This document shows, piece by piece, positions 1 through 9,961 of a DNA stretch of 64,000 nucleotides (position 1 is its first letter; each line of letters opens with the position of its first letter). Under the pieces are notes generated by a model. It had not been told where the DNA came from and searched no databases. It was given only the letters and a program-made list of their open reading frames with translations. The DNA comes from an uncultured bacterium (GTDB lineage Bacteria > Verrucomicrobiota > Verrucomicrobiia > Limisphaerales > UBA8199): contig CAVVMW010000005.1 of NCBI GenBank assembly GCA_963749495.1, positions 416,001-480,000 of the forward strand, written 5' to 3'. The translations under genes and the position numbers were made by a program.

Positions 1-858
1 ACCCGAATCGTGTATTGGGCATAGACATGGGTGTTGCCCGGCATGACCTCGGGCACGGCGCACACGGAACGGAGCAGTTGGGTGTAGCGCGCTCCGATCC
101 GGCCGCGCTCCTTCAGCTCCCACTCGAAATGGGGCATTTTGGCCAGGAGCACGGCCGCCTGCAGGGTATCGAACCGGCCATTCATTCCCAGCAACGGGTG
201 TTCGTGTCGCTTGAGGCCACCGTGGGTCCGAATGGCCCGCATCGTCTCGGCCAGGGCATCGTCATCGGTGAAGAGCGCCCCGCCGTCGCCGTAGCAGCCC
301 AGGGGCTTGGCCGGGAAAAAGCTGGTGCTGCCGATGCGGGTGACGCCGCAACTGCGGCGCCCGCGCTGGGTTCGCGCCAAAGCTCTGGGCGCCGTCCTCG
401 ATGACCGGCAATCCGTGCCGGGCGGCGATGGCGTTGATGCGTTGGCAGTCGGGCATTTGGCCAAAGAGGCTCACGGGGACGATGACCCGCGTGCGCGGCG
501 TGATGGCCTGCTCGAGGAGGCCCGGATCCAGGTTGTAACTGCCCGGCTCGATATCGACGAACACGGGTTTGGCGCCCACCAGGCCGATGACCTCGGCGGT
601 GCTGATCCAGGTGAAGGGAACGGTGATGACCTCGTCACCCGGGCCGGCGCCGAGGGCGCGCAGGGCGATCTCGAGGCTGTCTGTGCCGCTGGCGGCCGTG
701 ATGCAGTGCTTCACCCCGACATGGCGAGCCAGCACCGATTCCAGTTCGCCGATCTCCGGTCCCATGATGAACTGGCCGTGGTCGAAGACCGCCCGCATGC
801 GGGCATCGATCTCGCCCTGGTATGTTCGGTACTGGGTTGCCAGGTCAATGAAGCGCAT
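1..858 (-). CDS. DegT/DnrJ/EryC1/StrS PLP-dependent sugar aminotransferase (WbpE-like); frameshift at ~371; runs off the window
   Basis: Motifs GQFIMGPE, SGTDSL, PVSLFGQ and IEDGAQSFGA; after removing one base near 371 the frame continues TSFFPAKPLGCYGDGG (PLP lysine motif). Confidence 0.92.
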
Positions 859-892
859 ATCGCCTTTTCAACATCGGGAGCAATCCCGGCGA

Positions 893-1043
893 GCCCCTCA
901 CCCCGGCCCTCTCCCCATCCGATGGGGAGAGGGAGCAGCTAGGTCTGGCTCTCACGAGCTCCGGCGCGCTGGGACTCGTCGACCGACAACCGACCACCCA
1001 CCCTCTCCCCATCGGATGGGGAGAGGGCCGGGGTGAGGGGGCC
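893..1043. repeat. Inverted pair of REP-like palindromes (CCCTCACCCCGGCCCTCTCCCC-N-GGGGAGAGGG family)
   Basis: Two inverted copies between the genes; related copies at ~35748-35792 and ~59736-59772. Confidence 0.85.
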
Positions 1044-2087
1044 TCATTCGACCACACGCCTGCCTGCTTTGCGGGCGTGATATTGTTCCCGGATCCACTC
1101 GTAGGTGGCGCGCAGGCCGGTGTCGAGCGGGGTCGCGGGTTCCCACTTGAGCACCTGGCGGATAAAGGTGTTGTCGCTGTTGCGCCCGGCCACCCCGCGC
1201 GGCGCACTGAGGTCGTATTGGCGCTTGAGCTTGACCCCGGCAATCTTCTCGATCTTGGTCACCAGTTCGTTGATGGTCACCAGCTCGCTCGAGCCGAGAT
1301 TGATGGGTGTGGCGATCAACTCTTCGCAATGCGTGATCTTGTTGATGCCCTGCACGCAGTCCTCGATATACATGAAGCTGCGGGTCTGGGTGCCGTCGCC
1401 CCAGATCTTGATCGTGCCGGTTTTGTTATCGATGGCCTCGATCACCTTCCGGCTGATGGCCGCCGGGGCCTTCTCCCGTCCGCCGTCCCAGGTGCCGTGG
1501 GGGCCATAGACGTTGTGAAAGCGGGCGATGAAGGTCTTGAGGCCACGCTCGGCCCAATACTCCTGGCAGAACATCTCGCTCATGAGCTTCTCCCAGCCGT
1601 AGCCGCGCTCGGCCATGGCCGGGTAGGCGTCCGATTCCTTGAGCGCGCGCACGTTGGGGTCCTTCTGCAGGCAGGTGTTGTAAGCGCAGGCCGAGGATGA
1701 GTAAAAGTAGCGCCGCGCTCCCGCCCGCCAGGCCGACTCGATCATGTGGGTGTTGATGAGGATGCTGCGCAGGCATTCGACGCGAAACCGCTCGATGAAA
1801 CCCATGCCCCCCATGTCCGCCGCCAGGTTATAGACCTCCACGGCCCCTTGGCACACGCGGCGGCAGTTGTCCTCGACGCTGCAATCCAGGCACAAGCTCT
1901 CCACCCCGGGCACCCGCAGGTACCACTCGTAAAGCGGCTTCTTGTCAACGGCCCGAATCCGGGTAAAGCCCTTTTTCTTGAAGTAGAGGGCCAGGTTTCC
2001 CGCTATGAACCCGCCCGCCCCGGCCAGGACGATCAGGTCGTCCGGTTTGGGTTTCGAGTCTTCTTCCGATAATCGTTTCTTATCCAT
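1044..2087 (-). CDS. NAD-dependent epimerase, GDP-mannose 3,5-epimerase (GME)-like
   Basis: GAGGFIA, NLAADMGGMGFI, SSACAY, YGWEK and GTWDGGREKAPAA are GME-type signatures. Confidence 0.88.
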   Translation of the reverse strand: MDKKRLSEEDSKPKPDDLIVLAGAGGFIAGNLALYFKKKGFTRIRAVDKKPLYEWYLRVPGVESLCLDCSVEDNCRRVCQGAVEVYNLAADMGGMGFIERFRVECLRSILINTHMIESAWRAGARRYFYSSSACAYNTCLQKDPNVRALKESDAYPAMAERGYGWEKLMSEMFCQEYWAERGLKTFIARFHNVYGPHGTWDGGREKAPAAISRKVIEAIDNKTGTIKIWGDGTQTRSFMYIEDCVQGINKITHCEELIATPINLGSSELVTINELVTKIEKIAGVKLKRQYDLSAPRGVAGRNSDNTFIRQVLKWEPATPLDTGLRATYEWIREQYHARKAGRRVVE

Positions 2088-2185
2088 CGTTCAATGCTCC
2101 TATTAGACCTCGGTTTGAGACGGGCTCCACGATTTCGAAGGCGCGCACCGTGACCTTGGACCGGACGGGCGTCTCTGCCGCGCGA

Positions 2186-2270
2186 AGCGTTTTGGACTGC
2201 GGCAGTCCTCTGCCGCTTTCACATCGCCAGGGCCCAAAAAGCGGCAGAGGACTGCCGCAGTCCAAAACCT
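2186..2270. repeat. Long hairpin repeat TTTTGGACTGCGGCAGTCCTCTGCCGCTTT-loop-inverse
   Basis: Near-perfect ~30 bp arms; further copies at ~3876-3962 and ~41596-41678. Confidence 0.9.
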
Positions 2271-2479
2271 TGCGGGCTTCGCGTCCCTTCAAGGAGACCG
2301 CCGAGGGCCGAGGGGCGGCCGTTCTCTGTTCACTCGACACTCGGGGGAAGGGCAGGCTTCGCCCCCGTCAGTTCGCGGGGCTTTCAGCCCGCCAACCGAC
2401 TCCACGATGACACCGGCCGCGGCGGCGGCCTCGCGGCCTGCCCCGCGCCGGCGGCATTCTGTGCCGGTCCCAATCGCCT

Positions 2480-3013
2480 TCAACGCCCTAAAATCTTTAC
2501 GACCAGCGGGAGGAATCGCCGCGTGTTTTTCTCCCAGCTTTGCAGGAGCTTAACCCGCCGGGCGGCGTGTTCGCGTTCTTCGGGCGGGCACTGCATGACC
2601 AGCCCGGCCATCCGCCCCGCCCGATCCTCACGGCCATCCAGGTGCGGCAGGACTCGCTCCCGCGCAAATCGCACGGCCACGTTGCGCAATTCCGCCACCG
2701 CCTCATAGTGCCGGGGCCGTTGCCCTGCCACATAGACGACCCGAACCGCGCCCAGGCCCTGCAAGAACCTCAGCCCCGTGCACGCCGAACCGCGGCTCAG
2801 GTCCAGCCGCTCGATGCACTGGTCCATCGTCAGCGGGCGCCCCGAGAGGAACAGCAGCCCATAGACCTCCGCGACCGACCCGGGCAGCCCCAGCAGCCGC
2901 GCCAACTGGACGAACCAGTCAATGACTTCCCGCTCCAGCGGGCTCAGTCGCGCCGCTGAGGTTCGTTCCGGCCGTTCCGGGGCCTTCCCTTTCTGGGCAG
3001 GAGCCAACAGCAT
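2480..3013 (-). CDS. GbsR/MarR-family winged-helix transcription regulator
   Basis: LGLPGSVAEVYGLLFLSGRPLT...LDLSRGSACTGLRFL pattern. Confidence 0.85.
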   Translation of the reverse strand: MLLAPAQKGKAPERPERTSAARLSPLEREVIDWFVQLARLLGLPGSVAEVYGLLFLSGRPLTMDQCIERLDLSRGSACTGLRFLQGLGAVRVVYVAGQRPRHYEAVAELRNVAVRFARERVLPHLDGREDRAGRMAGLVMQCPPEEREHAARRVKLLQSWEKNTRRFLPLVVKILGR

Positions 3014-3080
3014 GTCATTGATTAAATCATCGAGTTCGAATCATTCAAGGCAAAAGGAATGCCGCCCGGACCCGCCCGCA

Positions 3081-3611
3081 TCATTGGGCCAGGATCGCCG
3101 CCAGGTGCGGGAGCAAGCGGCGCACGTTCCGCTCCCAGTTCTGCAAGGTCTTGAGCCGCCCGGCCAAGCGCGCCCGCTGGTCCCGCGGCAGTTGCCGGAC
3201 CAGGCGCGCCGCTCGCTGCAACCGCGCGCGGCTGGTGTCCAGGTGCGCTACCAAGCGCTCCTGCAGCAAGCGCGTCATCAGGCCGTGCAGCTCCGCCACC
3301 GCCTCGTAGTGCATCCGCCGGTCCCCCGCCACATAGACGATTCTCACCGCCCCGATGCTCCGCAGGAAATTCAAGTCCTGGTAGGCCGCGCCCCGGCTCA
3401 GCCCGAGCTGCCCGGCCAGGTCCTCGACCGCCAGCGGCCGCGCCGAGACAAACAGCAGCCCGTAGGTCTCGGCCAGCGAGGTCGGCCGCCCCCAGGACCG
3501 CGCGAGTTGAACGAAGAGGCCAATGACCTCCAGCTCCAGCGGGCCGAGTCGCACCGCCGGTTTCCCCCGGGAACGGCCGCCTGCGGCCGCTTTCTGGGAA
3601 GGAGCCAGCAT
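3081..3611 (-). CDS. GbsR/MarR-family regulator, tandem paralog of 2480-3013
   Basis: Same motifs; shared MLAP start and VRxVYVAGxRxxHYEAVAEL segment. Confidence 0.85.
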   Translation of the reverse strand: MLAPSQKAAAGGRSRGKPAVRLGPLELEVIGLFVQLARSWGRPTSLAETYGLLFVSARPLAVEDLAGQLGLSRGAAYQDLNFLRSIGAVRIVYVAGDRRMHYEAVAELHGLMTRLLQERLVAHLDTSRARLQRAARLVRQLPRDQRARLAGRLKTLQNWERNVRRLLPHLAAILAQ

Positions 3612-3875
3612 CGTTGGCCGGGGTTTATACCAGCCCCTGTGATTTGTTCAAGAAAAATCGAACGAACCCTCCCCAACCGGGCGTGGCCCGGCACTGCCCC
3701 CGGGGTGGGCCAGTCCTCGGGCTGAAAACCCGAAATGTGACAGCCTGGGCTGGAGAGAGCTTGCGAGCGGAGGCCCAGGTCACCGGTCCATAGCCTCCGG
3801 CGCCCTGTAAGAATTCCCCGAACGAATTCGCGCTTTGCGCCCCTGAACCTCGACGTTGCGTCCCCGTCCCGCGCA

Positions 3876-3962
3876 GCGTTTTGGACTGCCGCAGTCCTCT
3901 GCCGCTTTTGTGTCCCCTCGCTGCCGACGCGAAAGCGGCAGAGGACTGCCGCAGTCCAAAAC
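3876..3962. repeat. Hairpin repeat, same family as 2186-2270
   Basis: Same arms with a different loop. Confidence 0.85.
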
Positions 3963-4099
3963 CTCCGGACTTGGTGTCGGTTCATGGGGAGGGCGCCACC
4001 CTTCAGCACCAAAAGCCATCTTCCGCTCCTACAGGGCGGAGGAAACCTCTCTTTCTGCCCTTACCTGGGGCTGCGCGCTGCGCGCTTCACCCCAGGCTT

Positions 4100-5083
4100 T
4101 CACATTGCGGGCCTTCGGCCCTCTTCACGCGCGAGGAAATCGTCGTAAGCCAGGCGGATGCCCGTCTCCAGGTCCACCTGCGGCCGCCAACCCAAGGCGA
4201 AGAGCCTCGAACTGTCCAGCAGCTTGCGCGGCGTGCCGTCCGGCTTCGTCCTATCCCACAGCACCTCGCCCGGGTAACCGACGACCCGCTTCACGGTCTG
4301 GGCCAGTTCGCGCACGGACACCTCGCTGCCGGACCCTGCGTTGATGAAGAGGTCGCCGCTGTAATGGCGCATGAGGAACACGCACGCGCGGGCCAGGTCG
4401 TCCGAGCAAAGGAACTCGCGCAACGGGGCGCCTGAGCCCCAGCAGGTGAGGCTCGGCGCTCCGGCGGTTTTGGCCTCGTGAAATCGCCGGATCAGGGAAG
4501 GCAACACGTGCGAACGGAAGGGGTCATAGGTGTCATTGACGCCGTAGAGGTTGGCCGGCATGGCGCTGATGAAATCACAGTTGTATTGGCGACGATAGGC
4601 CTCGCACAGCTTGAGGCCGGCGAGCTTGGCGACGCCGTACCACTGGTTGGTCGGTTCCAGGGGCCCCGTGAGCAGGTACTCCTCCTTGAGCGGTTGGGGC
4701 GCCAGCTTCGGATAGACGCACGAACTGCCCAGGAACAAGAGCTTGCGCACCCCCGCTTGCCAGGCGCCGTGAATCAGGTTGTTCTGGATTTGCAGGTTCT
4801 CGAAGAGAAACTGCCCCGGGAGCCGATCGTTGGCCAGGATGCCGCCGACCCGGGCCGCCGCGATGAAGACGTATTCCGGCCTTTCCCGCGCGTAGAAGTC
4901 CCGCACCGCCGCGCCGTCCAGCAGATCGAGTTCCGTTCGGCTCCTCCCGACCAGGCGGGTGAAGCCCTGCCGTTGCAGTTCGCGCCATATGGCGCTGCCG
5001 GCCAATCCGAGGTGGCCGGCCACGTAGATGACACTCTCTGGCCGCAGGGGCGGCGCCTGGTCTTTGTCGTTGACTTCAACCAT
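4100..5083 (-). CDS. fcl: GDP-L-fucose synthase
   Basis: YVAGHLGLAGSA, AAARVGGILAN, FLGSSCVYPK, LEPTNQWYGVAK, SHVLPSLIRRFHEA, KPDGTPRKLLD. Confidence 0.95.
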   Translation of the reverse strand: MVEVNDKDQAPPLRPESVIYVAGHLGLAGSAIWRELQRQGFTRLVGRSRTELDLLDGAAVRDFYARERPEYVFIAAARVGGILANDRLPGQFLFENLQIQNNLIHGAWQAGVRKLLFLGSSCVYPKLAPQPLKEEYLLTGPLEPTNQWYGVAKLAGLKLCEAYRRQYNCDFISAMPANLYGVNDTYDPFRSHVLPSLIRRFHEAKTAGAPSLTCWGSGAPLREFLCSDDLARACVFLMRHYSGDLFINAGSGSEVSVRELAQTVKRVVGYPGEVLWDRTKPDGTPRKLLDSSRLFALGWRPQVDLETGIRLAYDDFLAREEGRRPAM

Positions 5084-5099
5084 GGACCAATCTGCCTTA

Positions 5100-5259
5100 G
5101 TCGGCGGTAATGAATAAAGGTGGCAACCTGCCTTGGTCTTTTGCCGGCCAGCTTCGTTGCTCGCTCGTTACAGATCCATGCGGATATGCGCCTCGCTCGC
5201 GCCTCGCTGGCCGCCAAAACCCCGGCGGCATCTTGCCACCTTTATTCATTACCGCCTCC
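5100..5259. mobile_element. MITE-like element, 24 bp perfect inverted repeat, flanked by TTA
   Basis: GGCGGTAATGAATAAAGGTGGCAA at 5103-5126 and its reverse complement at 5233-5256; TTA at 5097-5099 and 5260-5262. Confidence 0.75.
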
Positions 5260-8151
5260 TTAACTCCGGGTCAATTGCAGGCCCGTTTCCGAGACATTGA
5301 ACGCCACAAACCGCGCCCGGGCGTTAGGGGGGTTCTGGGTTAGCGTGCGCTTGATCCGCACCGCGGCGTCCTCATCCTTGCCGAAGAGCAGCAGGTAACC
5401 GCCTCCCCCGGCCCCGAGCAGCTTTGCGGCGGCTAGATGGTCGCTGATGGGTTCGAGGATCTGCTGCACAGCGGGCGGATTGGTGCCGGCATCCACCTGC
5501 TGGTTCAGCCGCCAGCTATTGCGAATCGCCGCCAGCAACGCCTCGTAGTCGCACCGTTGCACGGCCGCGCTCGCCAAATCGGCGTTGGCGCCGATGTCCG
5601 CGATGACGCCCAGGTGCGAGGGCGAATTAAGGAAGATGCCCCGCACGATCTCCGCCAGGATGTTCTTGGCCAGCCGGGTCAGGCCGGTGTAGTAGAGCAG
5701 GATGGAACGATTGGCGTAGCCGGCGCCGAAGAGATGCTCCGGCAGCCAGCGCAAGGTCGGTTTTTGTGAAAGGCCCGGGCCCGTCTCGATCAGCTTGATG
5801 CCGCGGAAGATGGCCCCCGCCTGGTCCTGCCAGCCGCCGCCGGTCGTGAGCATTTGTTCCAGCGCGAGCGTGCGCGCAAAGAGCACATTCCGGTCCCAGC
5901 CCAGGCCGCACGAGTCGCCCAGCGCCGCCAGCACGGTGGCGGCCAGGATGCTGCTGGTGCCCAGGCCCGAGCCTTTGGGCACCGCCGAGAGCAACGACAG
6001 CTCGATGCCGCCGCCGAAATCCCTGAGTTGCGCCGCCAGCGAGGCGCAACCGCCGCCGGCGTGAAAGCGCGGCAGAAACCCCGCCAGCGCGAACGCGGCC
6101 TTGGCCAGCGCAAAATCGCTCCCCGGCCGCGCGAACCCCTCGAGTTGCTCGTAGTCCGTTACGCGCTCCTCGACCCCGAGGTCAATCGAGCGCATCACCA
6201 ACTCCGGCCGTTCCGTCAACCGGGCAAAGACCTGTATCGGCGGCTGGCCGTTGAGGTCGGCCGCCAGGTTCAGCACCCTGCCTCCGTGCTCGATGCAGTA
6301 AGGCGGCGTGTCGGTCCAGCCGCCGGCAAGGTCGAACCGGACGGGGCTGCGCGCCCAGACGATTTGGTCCTCCTTGAGGTCCGCCCGCGGCAGCGCCGGC
6401 AACAGCCGCGCCTCGCGCACAATCAGTTCGCGCAGGCAGGCGAACGACTCCGCCTCGCACTCGCGCCAATCGGCCCCCTGTCGATGGCGCAGGACCGCCG
6501 AGCGGAACATCCGGTCATGGACCCGTTGCATCGGATCGTCCAGCGCGCTAAAGCTCAACTGGGGCAACTCCGCGCCGGCCTCGGCAAAGGCGCGGGCCGT
6601 CGATTCCAGGTCAAGGCGGAAAAACACGCTGCGCCGGAAGTGCTCGAGCATCGGCAACAGGCACCCCTGGCGAAGCCGGCGCCGCTGTTGGCAGAGGCGC
6701 TCCAGGTTGACTTGCTCGCAAACCTCGTCGGCTGAGAGGCGCGGCCCCTCCCGCCACAGTTGCGCCCAGCGCGCTTCCTGGCGCGGCGCCGGCGCAAACA
6801 GCCATTCCACAAAGCCAGGCTCCAGGCCGCCCTCGCCCAGCACCGGAAACAGCGGGCAGGCCTGGATGTCCGCCTTGACCTCCAGCCCACACTGCTCCGG
6901 CTCCAAACCCCGCGCCCGGAACCACTCGATTGCCGGGCGGCCCAGCCAGCGGGTTGCCGCATCCCCCAGCCTCCCCTGGAACGGGTCGTCAATGCCGTAG
7001 GGGCGGATGCAAAAACCGCTCCCGCCCACCGGCACGAAATCCAGGCACACGCCGGGAGGCAGGTGCAGTGCCCAGTCGTTCTCCGGCACGCCCGTGATGA
7101 CGTGCTGGCTGGTAAGCTGCCAGCGCGCGGGCACGATGCTGTTTTCCACCCAGAAGGTGTGGTTTTCTTCCCGCCGCAAACCGACCTCGAACCTCGAGTT
7201 CTGAGTCACCTGGTCCGGCTGTTGGGAGGCGCCCGCCGTGCCCACCTTGGTCTCATCGAGCACCAGGTTCTGCAGCGCGACCACCGACTCGATCATCTGC
7301 CGGCTGCTGCCGAAATGGTAGAACTGCGCGTCGGGCAGCGGCACCACCGCGCAACTCAGGGGGCCAATCAGGGGGTCCGGGAGCGAGGGCGAACTGCCCA
7401 GCGCCAGGCCGAACTGGGCATACAACTCGTAGGACCGCGCCCGCCCGCCCTGGAAATGGTCTCCCTGCCAGCCGCACCGTTCCATCAGCACCGCCACCGC
7501 CCGCCCGCTCAGGAGCCACATGCCCGTATTGACCAGGCAGAGATAGCTTTCGGCCAGCTCACGGATACGGGAGGCCGGCGGCTTTTGCAGAAAGAACGCC
7601 AACTCGGTCGGCCGGTGCCGGGGCGCAAAGAAGACCCCGAAGTCCTTCGCCTTTTCCGGCGCGACCCACATCCCCAGCCCCAGCACGTCCACCTGGGGAA
7701 AGGGCGGCAGTTCGCGCGGCAGCCGCAGCAACACGTCCCCGCTGGTCACCATCGCCGCCGTCTGGGCGCCGGCCTGGCCCAAGACCCGCTCGTACTCGGG
7801 CAGTTGCAGATCCAGCAGCGACTGGTCCAGACGCTGCCCGCGCGCCCAACGGAACACCGGAACCGGCATCAGCAGCTTGCCCGTGGGCGCATACGCCGGC
7901 AGGCGCCGGCTCCGGCCGCCGGCGTGCAGGATGAGCTTGCGATTCCGCCCAAGCCACTCGCCCAGGCTCATTCCCGGCCCGGTCGCCCGCCAGGCCTCCG
8001 CCAGCAGGTTGGCCGCGCCCCCTCCCGAGCCAAGCGATTGGCCGGGCGGATCGGAGGTGGCAAACCACGCCGGCCGCCGCCGCCCCTCCAGCCGCTCGAA
8101 CTCCTCCGCCATGCGCGGCGGCAGCGTCAACAGGTACTGGATGGGCCCCAT
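5260..8151 (-). CDS. fkp: Bifunctional L-fucokinase / fucose-1-phosphate guanylyltransferase
   Basis: N-terminal DPPGQSLGSGGG and LHAGGRSRRLP; C-terminal GHMP kinase motifs PVRFDLAGGWTDTPPY, PKGSGLGTSS, GGGWQDQ, GAGGGG. Confidence 0.93.
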   Translation of the reverse strand: MGPIQYLLTLPPRMAEEFERLEGRRRPAWFATSDPPGQSLGSGGGAANLLAEAWRATGPGMSLGEWLGRNRKLILHAGGRSRRLPAYAPTGKLLMPVPVFRWARGQRLDQSLLDLQLPEYERVLGQAGAQTAAMVTSGDVLLRLPRELPPFPQVDVLGLGMWVAPEKAKDFGVFFAPRHRPTELAFFLQKPPASRIRELAESYLCLVNTGMWLLSGRAVAVLMERCGWQGDHFQGGRARSYELYAQFGLALGSSPSLPDPLIGPLSCAVVPLPDAQFYHFGSSRQMIESVVALQNLVLDETKVGTAGASQQPDQVTQNSRFEVGLRREENHTFWVENSIVPARWQLTSQHVITGVPENDWALHLPPGVCLDFVPVGGSGFCIRPYGIDDPFQGRLGDAATRWLGRPAIEWFRARGLEPEQCGLEVKADIQACPLFPVLGEGGLEPGFVEWLFAPAPRQEARWAQLWREGPRLSADEVCEQVNLERLCQQRRRLRQGCLLPMLEHFRRSVFFRLDLESTARAFAEAGAELPQLSFSALDDPMQRVHDRMFRSAVLRHRQGADWRECEAESFACLRELIVREARLLPALPRADLKEDQIVWARSPVRFDLAGGWTDTPPYCIEHGGRVLNLAADLNGQPPIQVFARLTERPELVMRSIDLGVEERVTDYEQLEGFARPGSDFALAKAAFALAGFLPRFHAGGGCASLAAQLRDFGGGIELSLLSAVPKGSGLGTSSILAATVLAALGDSCGLGWDRNVLFARTLALEQMLTTGGGWQDQAGAIFRGIKLIETGPGLSQKPTLRWLPEHLFGAGYANRSILLYYTGLTRLAKNILAEIVRGIFLNSPSHLGVIADIGANADLASAAVQRCDYEALLAAIRNSWRLNQQVDAGTNPPAVQQILEPISDHLAAAKLLGAGGGGYLLLFGKDEDAAVRIKRTLTQNPPNARARFVAFNVSETGLQLTRS

Positions 8152-8306
8152 CGTCGCTTCCACCTGGTGTCTCCTTGAGGGCCGAAAAAACCCGCCCTCG
8201 AGTTGTTGTCAATCCCGTGTGCCTCCCAGCCGGGCCTGCAGAAGTAACCGGCCGCCTCCGACCCAATCAGGCCGGAGGAGCCTGTGACCAGGAGCCGCTT
8301 CGACAT
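8127..8306 (-). pseudogene. 5' remnant (~50 codons) of an NAD-dependent epimerase (CDP-paratose 2-epimerase-like)
   Basis: MSKRLLVTGSSGLIGSE...GIDNNSRAGFFGPQGDTRW Rossmann start that runs directly into the fkp start. Confidence 0.75.
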
Positions 8307-8395
8307 AGAAGGCCAATCTAGCCAGCACCACCGCCCAGAGGCAAGGGATATTGCAAAGCCTTGATCTTTGTGCCCCAACCGGGCATAACGGGGGC

Positions 8396-9680
8396 ATGAA
8401 AATGACGCCCTCGTTCGCTCGCTTCCTGTGTCTGGCATTCTCGGTGTGGGTCAGCGCCGCGCTTGGCCTGGCCGAGGAACCGGTGTTTCCCGTGAAGGTC
8501 AGCCCCAATGGGAGGTATTTCGTGGACCAGCGCGGCACGCCCGTTTTCTGGCTGGGCACCACTCAATGGCAGTTGTTCCGCGACTACACGCTCGAGGAGG
8601 CCACACTCATTATCGAGAGGAGCAAAGACAAGGGCTTTGTGTTTATCCAGGTCATGCTCATGGGAGTGGGTGACGGCACCAAGCCCAATGTGTATCACGA
8701 GAAACCGTGGCTCAACGATAATCCTCTCACGCCCAACGAGGCCTACTTCAAGAACGTCAATGCCGTCCTCCAAGCCGCCCGCCGGGAGGGCGTCAACATC
8801 TCCATGACCCTGTTTCATCAACGCTATCGCAAGGCCATCACGATGGATAACGCGCGCGCCTGGGCCAAATGGCTGGCGCAGCGGTACAAGGACTCTCCCA
8901 ACATCGTGTGGTCCATGACACCCGAGGCCAAGCCGGATTTCGTCCCCATCCTGCGCGAGTTGGCGGCGGGCCTCCGCGAGGGGGACGCCGCCGCGCACCT
9001 GATCACCTTCAAGCCCGATCCGGCGCCCTATTCCTCGAGCTTCATTCACGGGGAGCCTTGGCTCGATTTCGACTCGATGCAAACCTGGAAGAGCGTCGAA
9101 CTGATTTATCCCATGGTGACCAAGGACTACAACCTCCTGCCGGTCAAGCCGGTCTTGATGGCCGAAGGGGCCTACGAGCAAGGCTCCGAGTACCGGCTTC
9201 GAGGTGACCCCGCTCTGGATTCGGCGCCAGGCCTATTACTCCTACCTGTGCGGCGGCCATCACACCTACGGCCACAACGACAGTTGGCGCGTCCTGCCCA
9301 CCTGGAAAAAGGCGCTCGACGCCCCCGGCGCCGTGCAGATGCGCATCCTCAAGAAGACCTTCGAGGGCCTCCCCGAGTGGTGGTTCCTGGTCCCGGACCA
9401 ATCCATCTTCGCCCAGGGCGCCCACACCACCGGCCAGGTCCTCAACCTCGCCGCCCGGCACAAGGACGGCCGCTGGCTCATGGCCTACCTGGGCAGCAAG
9501 TCCTCTTTTTCCATTGCCCTGGACAAGCTGGCCGCCGGCGCCAAGGCCAAGGCATTCTGGATCAACCCCGCCACCGGCGGTTCCGTGCCCGCCGGCACGT
9601 TCTCCGACCGCTCGGACCGGTCCTTCTCCACACCCGAGCCATGGGAAGACGCCCTGCTGGTGGTCGAGCCCGAGACGTAG
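8396..9680 (+). CDS. Secreted GH140/DUF4038 apiosidase-like glycoside hydrolase; frameshift at ~9193
   Basis: Signal peptide, VSPNGRYFVDQRGTPVFWLGTTQW, KPVLMAEGAYE; continues in ORF 9204-9680 (RRQAYYS, HTYGH, WEDALLVV). Confidence 0.8.
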
Positions 9681-9692
9681 CGCAGGGGAGTT

Positions 9693-9908
9693 CGCGTCGC
9701 GTAGCGACGCCCTGAAGGTAGCCGTGGACTTCCAGTCCACGGTCTGACGAGTTGGAGGGGCCGCGCGTCGCGTAGCGACGCCTGAGGGCCTCCCGCAGGC
9801 CAAGTTGATGGCTCGTTTCAGGCGTCGCTAACGCGACGCCAGAGGGCTTGGGCCTCTGGTCCGTGGACTGGAAGTCCACGGCTACCATCAGGCACCGCTA
9901 CGCGGTGC
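9693..9908. repeat. GTAG-type REP doublet (REPIN-like)
   Basis: GTAGCCGTGGACTTCCAGTCCACGG at 9718-9742 and its exact inverse at 9861-9885, plus GCGTCGCGTAGCGACGC palindromes. Confidence 0.85.
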
Positions 9909-9961
9909 AGGCTTGCACCCGCGGCGCCGGTCGGTTTCAATGGGCGCACCACAGCAACGTT

